Source: Auanema rhodensis (lineage: Eukaryota; Animalia; Nematoda). From it: 64,000 bases of DNA. Below the pieces are notes generated by a model that was not told the origin of the DNA, ran no database searches, and was given only the letters and a program-made list of their open reading frames with translations. Positions 53,916 to 64,000 of the stretch are shown one piece after another (position 1 is the stretch's first letter; each line of letters opens with the position of its first letter). The stretch lies in the NCBI GenBank assembly GCA_964057225.1, contig OZ059899.1, positions 18,910,001 through 18,974,000 of the forward strand, in the 5' to 3' direction. The translations under genes were made by a program, and so were the position numbers.

Positions 53916-56900
53916 TTGAAAAATGATGCATTAGTGTATGTTGAGTTTCCATGTACACTCAACATTGCTTCCAAAAACATTTTGACAAAAATTTTTTCGA
54001 AAAATTTCAGAATATTTTAGCAAAAAATAGTTGTTTTTAGATTCCTTTTCTCAAGGCAAAGACGATGGACAATGTTATTCAACGAAAAAATTAATTCTGC
54101 AGGGTGAAAATCGAGGATATAAGTGTGAACTTATATCAGTTGATATCTCGGTGAATTTTTAAGCTAGCGCAAATCTGATAAAACAGATCAACGCAGCTTA
54201 AAAATCCGCATCGAATGCACTATACAACATTGAGAAACGCTTAATACAAAAATTAGTTATGATCGTTTGAAAAAAGATGCATTAGTGTATGTTGAGTTTC
54301 CATGTACACTCAACATTGCTTCCAAAAACATTTTGACAAAAATTTTACCGAAAAATTTCAAAATAATTTCGCAAAAAATAGAAGTTTTTAGATTCCTTTT
54401 TTCAAGGCAAAGACGATGGACAATGTTATTCAACGAAAAAATTAATTCTGCAGAGTGAAAATCGAGGATATAAGTGTGAACTTATATCAGTTGATATCTC
54501 TGTGAATTTTTAAGCTAGCGCAAATCTGATAACACAGATCGACGCAGCTTAAAAATCCGCATCGAATGCACTATACAACTTTGAGAAACGCTTAATACAA
54601 AAATTAGTTATGATCGTTTGAAAAATGATGCATTAGTGTATGTTGAGTTTCCATGTACACTCAACATTGCTTCCAAAAACATTTTTACAAAAATTTTTCC
54701 GAAAAATTTCAGAATATTTTAGCAAAAAATAGTTGATTTAGATTCCTTCTCTCAAGGCAAAGACGATGGACAATGTTATTCAACGAAAAAATTAATTCTG
54801 CAGGGTGAAAATCGAGGATATAAGTGTGAACTTATATCAGTTGATATCTCGGTGAATTTTTAAGCTAGCGCAAATCTGATAAAACAGATCGACGCAGCTT
54901 AAAAATCCGCATCGAATGCACTATACAACATTGAGAAACGTTTAATACAAAAATTAGTTATGATCGTTTGAAAAAAGATGCATTAGTGTATGTTGAGTTT
55001 CCATGTACACTCAACATTGCTTCCAAAAACATTTTGACAAAAATTTTTCCGAAAAATTTCAAAATAATTTCGCAAAAAATAGAAGTTTTTAGATTCCTTT
55101 TTTCAAGGCAAAGACGATGGACAATGTTATTCAACGAAAAAATTAATTCTGCAGAGTGAAAATCGAGGATATAAGTGTGAACTTATATCAGTTGATATCT
55201 CGGTGAATTTTTAAGCTAGCGCAAATCTGATAACACAGATCGACGCAGCTAAAAAATCCGCATCGAATGCACTATACAACATTGAGAAACGCTTAATACA
55301 AAAATTAGTTATGATCGTTTGAAAAATGATGCATTAGTGTATGTTGAGTTTCCATGTACACTCAACATTGCTTCCAAAAACATTTTGACAAAAATTTTTT
55401 CGAAAAATTTCAGAATATTTTAGCAAAAAATAGTTGATTTAGATTCCTTCTCTCAAGGCAAAGACGATGGACAATGTTATTCAACGAAAAAATTAATTCT
55501 GCAGGGTGAAAATCGAGGATATAAGTGTGAACTTATATCAGTTGATATCTCGGTGAATTTTTAAGCTAGCGCAAATCTGATAAAACAGATCGACGCAGCT
55601 TAAAAATCCGCATCGAATGCACTATACAACATTGAGAAACGCTTAATACAAAAATTAGTTATGATCGTTTGAAAAAAGATGCATTAGTGTATGTTGAGTT
55701 TCCATGTACACTCAACATTGCTTCCAAAAACATTTTGACAAAAATTTTTCCGAAAAATTTCAAAATAATTTCGCAAAAAATAGAAGTTTTTAGATTCCTT
55801 TTTTCAAGGCAAAGACGATGGACAATGTTATTCAACGAAAAAATTAATTCTGCAGAGTGAAAATCGAGGATATAAGTGTGAACTTATATCAGTTGATATC
55901 TCGGTGAATTTTTAAGCTAGCGCAAATCTGATAACACAGATCGACGCAGCTTAAAAATCCGCATCGAATGCACTATACAACATTGAGAAACTTTTAATAC
56001 AAAAATTAGTTATGATCGTTTGAAAAATGATGCATTAGTGTATGTTGAGTTTCCATGTACACTCAACATTGCTTCCAAAAACATTTTGACAAAAATTTTT
56101 CCGAAAAATTTCAAAATAATTTTGCAAAAAGTAGATGTTTTTAGATTCCTTTTTTCAAGGCAAAGACGATGGACAATGTTATTCAACGAAAAAATTAATT
56201 CTCCAGGGTGAAAATCGAGGATATAAGTGTGAACTTATATCAGTTGATATCTCGGTGCATTTTTAAGCTAGCGCAAATCTGATAACACAGATCGACGCAG
56301 CTTAAAAATCCGCATCGAATGCACTATACAACATTGAGAAACGCTTAATACAAAAATTAGTTATGATCGTTTGAAAAATGATGCATTAGTGTATGTTGAG
56401 TTTCCATGTACACTCAACATTGCTTCCAAAAACATTTTGACAAAAATTTTTTCGAAAAATTTCAGAATATTTTAGCAAAAAATAGTTGATTTAGATTCCT
56501 TCTCTCAAGGCAAAGACGATGGACAATGTTATTCAACGAAAAAATTAATTCTGCAGGGTGAAAATCGAGGATATAAGTGTGAACTTATATCAGTTGATAT
56601 CTCGGTGAATTTTTAAGCTAGCGCAAATCTGATAAAACAGATCGACGCAGCTTAAAAATCCGCATCGAATGCACTATACAACATTGAGAAACGCTTAATA
56701 CAAAAATTAGTTATGATCGTTTGAAAAATGATGCATTAGTGTATGTTGAGTTTCCATGTACACTCAACATTGCTTCCAAAAACATTTTTACAAAAATTTT
56801 TCCGGAAAATTTCGAAACAATTTCGCAAAAAGTAGATGTTTTTAGATTCCTTTTTCCAAGGCAAAGACGATGGACAATGTTATTCAACGAAAAAATTGAT

Positions 56901-57421
56901 TCTCCAGGGTGAAAATCGAGGATATAAGTGTGAACTTATATCAGTTGATATCTCGGTGAATTTTTAAGCTAGCGCAAATCTGATAACACAGATCGACGCA
57001 GCTTAAAAATCCGCATCGAATGCACTATACAACATTGAGAAACGCTTAATACAAAAATTAGTTATGATCGTTTGAAAAATGATGCATTAGTGTATGTTGA
57101 GTTTCCATGTACACTCAACATTGCTTCCAAAAACATTTTGACAAAAATTTTTTCGAAAAATTTCAGAATATTTTAGCAAAAAATAGTTGATTTAGATTCC
57201 TTCTCTCAAGGCAAAGACGATGGACAATGTTATTCAACGAAAAAATTAATTCTGCAGGGTGAAAATCGAGGATATAAGTGTGAACTTATATCAGTTGATA
57301 TCTCGGTGAATTTTTAAGCTAGCGCAAATCCGATAACACAGATCGACGCAGCTTAAACATCCGCATCGAATGCACTATACAACATTGAGAAACGCTTAAT
57401 ACAAAAATTAGTTATGATCGT

Positions 57422-59878
57422 TTGAAAAATGATGCATTAGTGTATGTTGAGTTTCCATGTACACTCAACATTGCTTCCAAAAACATTTTTACAAAAATTT
57501 TTCCGGAAAATTTCGAAACAATTTTGCAAAAAGTAGATGTTTTTAGATTCCTTTTTCCAAGGCAAAGACGATGGACAATGTTATTCAACGAAAAAATTGA
57601 TTCTCCAGGGTGAAAATCGAGGATGTAAGTGTGAACTTATATCAGTTGATATCTCGGTGCATTTTCAAGCTAGCGCAAATCTGATAACACAGATCGACGC
57701 AGCTTAAAAATCCGCATCGAATGCACTATACAACATTGAGAAACGCTTAATACAAAAATTAGTTATGATCGTTTGAAAAATGATGCATTAGTGTATGTTG
57801 AGTTTCCATGTACACTCAACATTGCTTCCAAAAACATTTTTACAAAAATTTTTCCGGAAAATTTCGAAACAATTTCGCAAAAAGTAGATGTTTTTAGATT
57901 CCTTTTTCCAAGGCAAAGACGATGGACAATGTTATTCAACGAAAAAATTGATTCTCCAGGGTGAAAATCGAGGATGTAAGTGTGAACTTATATCAGTTGA
58001 TATCTCGGTGCATTTTCAAGCTAGCGCAAATCTGATAACACAGATCGACGCAGCTTAAAAATCCGCATCGAATGCACTATACAACATTGAGAAACGCTTA
58101 ATACAAAAATTAGTTATGATCGTTTGAAAAATGATGCATTAGTGTATGTTGAGTTTCCATGTACACTCAACATTGCTTCCAAAAACATTTTTACAAAAAT
58201 TTTTCCGAAAATTTTCGAAACAATTTCGCAAAAAGTAGATGTTTTTAGATTCCTTTTTTCAAGGCAAAGACGATGGACATTGTTATTCAACGAAAAAATT
58301 AATTCTGCAGGGTGAAAATCGAGGATATAAGTGTGAACTTATATCAGTTGATATCTCGGTGCATTTTTAAGCTAGCGCAAATCTGATAACACAGATCGAC
58401 GCAGCTTAAAAATCCGCATCGAATGCACTATACAACATTGAGAAACGCTTAATACAAAAATTAGTTATGATCGTTTGAAAAATGATGCATTAGTGTATGT
58501 TGAGTTTCCATGTACACTCAACATTGCTTCCAAAAACATTTTTACAAAAATTTTTCCGGAAAATTTCGAAACAATTTCGCAAAAAGTAGATGTTTTTAGA
58601 TTCCTTTTTCCAAGGCAAAGACGATGGACAATGTTATTCAACGAAAAAATTGATTCTCCAGGGTGAAAATCGAGGATGTAAGTGTGAACTTATATCAGTT
58701 GATATCTCGGTGCATTTTCAAGCTAGCGCAAATCTGATAACACAGATCGACGCAGCTTAAAAATCCGCATCGAATGCACTATACAACATTGAGAAACGCT
58801 TAATACAAAAATTAGTTATGATCGTTTGAAAAATGATGCATTAGTGTATGTTGAGTTTCCATGTACACTCAACATTGCTTCCAAAAACATTTTTACAAAA
58901 ATTTTTCCGGAAAATTTCGAAACAATTTTGCAAAAAGTAGATGTTTTTAGATTCCTTTTTCCAAGGCAAAGACGATGGACAATGTTATTCAACGAAAAAA
59001 TTGATTCTCCAGGGTGAAAATCGAGGATGTAAGTGTGAACTTATATCAGTTGATATCTCGGTGCATTTTCAAGCTAGCGCAAATCTGATAACACAGATCG
59101 ACGCAGCTTAAAAATCCGCATCGAATGCACTATACAACATTGAGAAACGCTTAATACAAAAATTAGTTATGATCGTTTGAAAAATGATGCATTAGTGTAT
59201 GTTGAGTTTCCATGTACACTCAACATTGCTTCCAAAAACATTTTTACAAAAATTTTTCCGGAAAATTTCGAAACAATTTCGCAAAAAGTAGATGTTTTTA
59301 GATTCCTTTTTCCAAGGCAAAGACGATGGACAATGTTATTCAACGAAAAAATTGATTCTCCAGGGTGAAAATCGAGGATGTAAGTGTGAACTTATATCAG
59401 TTGATATCTCGGTGCATTTTCAAGCTAGCGCAAATCTGATAACACAGATCGACGCAGCTTAAAAATCCGCATCGAATGCACTATACAACATTGAGAAACG
59501 CTTAATACAAAAATTAGTTATGATCGTTTGAAAAATGATGCATTAGTGTATGTTGAGTTTCCATGTACACTCAACATTGCTTCCAAAAACATTTTTACAA
59601 AAATTTTTCCGAAAATTTTCGAAACAATTTCGCAAAAAGTAGATGTTTTTAGATTCCTTTTTTCAAGGCAAAGACGATGGACATTGTTATTCAACGAAAA
59701 AATTAATTCTGCAGGGTGAAAATCGAGGATATAAGTGTGAACTTATATCAGTTGATATCTCGGTGCATTTTTAAGCTAGCGCAAATCTGATAACACAGAT
59801 CGACGCAGCTTAAAAATCCGCATCGAATGCACTATACAACATTGAGAAACGCTTAATACAAAAATTAGTTATGATCGT
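57422..59878 (+). repeat. Duplication with 4-monomer (1404 bp) period inside a locally homogenised domain
   Basis: Monomers 57422/58826, 57773/59177 and 58124/59528 match in type. ATTGATTCTCC is confined to about 56.7-60.1 kb. Confidence 0.75.
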
Positions 59879-62499
59879 TTGAAAAATGATGCATTAGTGT
59901 ATGTTGAGTTTCCATGTACACTCAACATTGCTTCCAAAAACATTTTTACAAAAATTTTTCCGGAAAATTTCGAAACAATTTTGCAAAAAGTAGATGTTTT
60001 TAGATTCCTTTTTCCAAGGCAAAGACGATGGACAATGTTATTCAACGAAAAAATTGATTCTCCAGGGTGAAAATCGAGGATGTAAGTGTGAACTTATATC
60101 AGTTGATATCTCGGTGCATTTTCAAGCTAGCGCAAATCTGATAACACAGATCGACGCAGCTTAAAAATCCGCATCGAATGCACTATACAACATTGAGAAA
60201 CGCTTAATACAAAAATTAGTTATGATCGTTTGAAAAATGATGCATTAGTGTATGTTGAGTTTCCATGTACACTCAACATTGCTTCCAAAAACATTTTTAC
60301 AAAAATTTTTCCGGAAAATTTCGAAACAATTTTGCAAAAAGTAGATGTTTTTAGATTCCTTTTTCCAAGGCAAAGACGATGGACAATGTTATTCAACGAA
60401 AAAATTAATTCTGCAGGGTGAAAATCGAGGATATATGTGTGAACTTATATCAGTTGATATCTCGGTGCATTTTTAAGCTAGCGCAAATCTGATAACACAG
60501 ATCGACGCAGCTTAAAAATCCGCATCGAATGCACTATACAACATTGAGAAACGCTTAATACAAAAATTAGTTATGATCGTTTGAAAAATGATGCATTAGT
60601 GTATGTTGAGTTTCCATGTACACTCAACATTGCTTCCAAAAACATTTTGACAAAAATTTTTTCGAAAAATTTCAGAATATTTTAGCAAAAAATAGTTGTT
60701 TTTAGATTCCTTTTCTCAAGGCAAAGACGATGGACAATGTTATTCAACGAAAAAATTAATTCTGCAGGGTGAAAATCGAGGATATAAGTGTGAACTTATA
60801 TCAGTTGATATCTCGGTGAATTTTTAAGCTAGCGCAAATCTGATAAAACAGATCAACGCAGCTTAAAAATCCGCATCGAATGCATTATACAACATTGAGA
60901 AACGCTTAATACAAAAATTAGTTATGATGGTTTGAAAAAAGATGCATTAGTGTATGTTGAGTTTCCATGTACACTCAACATTGCTTCCAAAAACATTTTG
61001 ACAAAAATTTTACCGAAAAATTTCAAAATAATTTCGCAAAAAATAGAAGTTTTTAGATTCCTTTTTTCAAGGCAAAGACGATGGACAATGTTATTCAACG
61101 AAAAAATTAATTCTGCAGAGTGAAAATCGAGGATATAAGTGTGAACTTATATCAGTTGATATCTCTGTGAATTTTTAAGCTAGCGCAAATCTGATAAAAC
61201 AGATCGACGCAGCTTAAAAATCCGCATCGAATGCACTATACAACATTGAGAAACGCTTAATACAAAAATTAGTTATGATCGTTTGAAAAAAGATGCATTA
61301 GTGTATGTTGAGTTTCCATGTATACTCAACATTGCTTCCAAAAACATTTTGACAAAAATTTTTCCGAAAAATTTCAAAATAATTTCGCAAAAAATAGAAG
61401 TTTTTAGATTCCTTTTTTCAAGGCAAAGACGATGGACAATGTTATTCAACGAAAAAATTAATTCTGCAGAGTGAAAATCGAGGATATAAGTGTGAACTTA
61501 TATCAGTTGATATCTCGGTGAATTTTTAAGCTAGCGCAAATCTGATAACACAGATCGACGCAGCTTAAAAATCCGCATCGAATGCACTATACAACATTGA
61601 GAAACGCTTAATACAAAAATTAGTTATGATCGTTTGAAAAATGATGCATTAGTGTATGTTGAGTTTCCATGTACACTCAACATTGCTTCCAAAAACATTT
61701 TGACAAAAATTTTTTCGAAAAATTTCAGAATATTTTAGCAAAAAATAGTTGTTTTTAGATTCCTTTTCTCAAAACAAAGACGATGGACAATGTTATTCAA
61801 CGAAAAAATTAATTCTGCAGGGTGAAAATCGAGGATATAAGTGTGAACTTATATCAGTTGATATCTCGGTGAATTTTTAAGCTAGCGCAAATCTGATAAA
61901 ACAGATCGACGCAGCTTAAAAATCCGCATCGAATGCACTATACAACATTGAGAAACGCTTAGTACAAAAATTAGTTATGATCGTTTGAAAAAAGATGCAT
62001 TAGTGTATGTTGAGTTTCCATGTACACTCAACATTGCTTCCAAAAACATTTTGACAAAAATTTTTCCGAAAAATTTCAAAATAATTTCGCAAAAAATAGT
62101 TGTTTTTAGATTCCTTTTCTCAAAACAAAGACGATGGACAATGTTATTCAACGAAAAAATTAATTCTGCAGGGTGAAAATCGAGGATATAAGTGTGAACT
62201 TATATCAGTTGATATCTCGGTGAATTTTTAAGCTAGCGCAAATCTGATAAAACAGATCGACGCAGCTTAAAAATCCGCATCGAATGCACTATACAACATT
62301 GAGAAACGCTTAGTACAAAAATTAGTTATGATCGTTTGAAAAAAGATGCATTAGTGTATGTTGAGTTTCCATGTACACTCAACATTGCTTCCAAAAACAT
62401 TTTGACAAAAATTTTTCCGAAAAATTTCAAAATAATTTCGCAAAAAATAGAAGTTTTTAGATTCCTTTTTTCAAGGCAAAGACGATGGACAATGTTATT

Positions 62500-64000
62500 C
62501 AACGAAAAAATTAATTCTGCAGAGTGAAAATCGAGGATATAAGTGTGAACTTATATCAGTTGATATCTCGGTGAATTTTCAAGCTAGCGCAAATCTGATA
62601 ACACAGATCGACGCAGCTTAAAAATCCGCATCGAATGCACTATACAACATTGAGAAACGCTTAATACAAAGTCTAGTTATGATCGTTTGAAAAATGATGC
62701 ATTAGTGTATGTTGAGTTTCCATGTACACTCAACATTGCTTCCAAAAACATTTTGACAAAAATTTTTCCGAAAATTTTCAAAATAATTTTGCAAAAAGTA
62801 GATGTTTTTAGATTCCTTTTTTCAAGGCAAAGACGATGGACAATGTTATTCAACGAAAAAATTAATTCTCCAGGGTGAAAATCGAGGATGTAAGTGTGAA
62901 CTTATATCAGTTGATATCTCGGTGCATTTTTAAGCTAGCGCAAATCTGATAACACAGATCGACGCAGCTTAAACATCCGCATCGAATGCACTATACAACA
63001 TTGAGAAACGCTTAATACAAAAATTAGTTATGATCCTTTGAAAAATGATGCATTAGTGTATGTTGAGTTTCCATGTACACTCAACATTGCTTCCAAAAAC
63101 ATTTTTACAAAAATTTTTCCGAAAATTTTCGAAACAATTTCGCAAAAAGTAGATGTTTTTAGATTCCTTTTTTCAAGGCAAAGAAGATGGACATTGTTAT
63201 TCAACGAAAAAATTAATTCTGCAGGGTGAAAATCGAGGATATAAGTGTGAACTTATATCAGTTGATATCTCGGTGCATTTTTAAGCTAGCGCAAATCTGA
63301 TAACACAGATCGACGCAGCTTAAAAATCCGCATCGAATGCACTATACAACATTGAGAAACGCTTAATACAAAAATTAGTTATGATCGTTTGAAAAATGAT
63401 GCATTAGTGTATGTTGAGTTTCCATGTACACTCAACATTGCTTCCAAAAACATTTTTACAAAAATTTTTCCGAAAATTTTCGAAACAATTTCGCAAAAAG
63501 TAGATGTTTTTAGATTCCTTTTTTCAAGGCAAAGACGATGGACAATGTTATTCAACGAAAAAATTAATTCTGCAGAGTGAAAATCGAGGATATAAGTGTG
63601 AACTTATATCAGTTGATATCTCGGTGAATTTTCAAGCTAGCGCAAATCTGATAACACAGATCGACGCAGCTTAAAAATCCGCATCGAATGCACTATACAA
63701 CATTGAGAAACGCTTAATACAAAGTCTAGTTATGATCGTTTGAAAAATGATGCATTAGTGTATGTTGAGTTTCCATGTACACTCAACATTGCTTCCAAAA
63801 ACATTTTGACAAAAATTTTTCCGAAAATTTTCAAAATAATTTTGCAAAAAGTAGATGTTTTTAGATTCCTTTTTTCAAGGCAAAGACGATGGACAATGTT
63901 ATTCAACGAAAAAATTAATTCTCCAGGGTGAAAATCGAGGATGTAAGTGTGAACTTATATCAGTTGATATCTCGGTGCATTTTTAAGCTAGCGCAAATCT
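62500..64000 (+). repeat. Duplication with 3-monomer (1053 bp) period
   Basis: AAAGTCTAG at 62671/63724 with linked GAATTTTC. Monomers 62687/63740 match. Confidence 0.82.

Larger units (their letters stand above)
1..64000. repeat. 351-bp tandem satellite DNA array, about 182 head-to-tail monomers, running off both window ends
   Basis: The same sequence recurs every 351 bp (ORF-track starts 215, 566, 917 ... 63740). 63740-215 = 181x351-6, matching six observed 1-bp deletions. Monomers otherwise differ only by scattered substitutions. Confidence 0.99.

Noticed and set aside
215-63931. 134 copies of a 63-aa ORF (MKNDALVYVEFPCTLNIASKNIF...) as a tandem gene family
   Set aside because: It starts at TTG with no convincing initiation context or recognisable domain. 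The K/F/I/N-rich composition mirrors the A/T tracts. About 48 of 182 units are broken by stops or a frameshift, and common variants are mostly non-synonymous. It is a by-product of the satellite.
1-64000. CRISPR array or repeat/variable-cassette system
   Set aside because: There are no unique spacers: the variable block differs only by point substitutions among a few haplotypes. No cas, recombinase or reverse-transcriptase gene is present.
1-64000. Tandem 5S rRNA, tRNA, snRNA or spliced-leader gene array
   Set aside because: I recognise no 5S, tRNA cloverleaf, Pol III A/B box or known leader sequence. An Rfam search would be needed to exclude a divergent RNA.
1-64000. Giant repetitive protein read through the monomers (351 is divisible by 3)
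   Set aside because: The ORF track shows nothing longer than 63 aa on either strand, and the one ORF-bearing frame has stops in every unit.
1-64000. Pure assembly or concatemer artefact
   Set aside because: Monomers carry structured, hierarchically shared variants and domain-restricted alleles, as expected of a real evolving array. Individual near-identical duplications still need read support.

Overview
The whole 64-kb window is one uninterrupted head-to-tail tandem array of a 351-bp, AT-rich (about 33% GC by hand count of one unit) satellite DNA. It contains about 182 monomers, all in one orientation, with no unique sequence, inversion or inserted element that I could see. The 134 near-identical 63-aa 'ORFs' are one incidental TTG-initiated frame per monomer, not genes. 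The array looks like eukaryotic (probably invertebrate) centromeric or pericentromeric heterochromatin, but I cannot name the family or species. The main points of interest are: (i) the monomer is a string of inverted repeats in which a short-hairpin plus long-hairpin pair recurs at half-monomer (175/176 bp) spacing despite little sequence similarity between the halves; (ii) a 9-bp stem with a GNRA tetraloop whose recurrent variants keep the RNA fold; (iii) near-absolute length conservation, with only three distinct 1-bp deletions; (iv) a divergent interspersed monomer subfamily; (v) local duplications of 3-9 monomers instead of one fixed higher-order repeat; and (vi) several multi-nucleotide substitutions. 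All analysis was by eye, with no folding, alignment or database searches.
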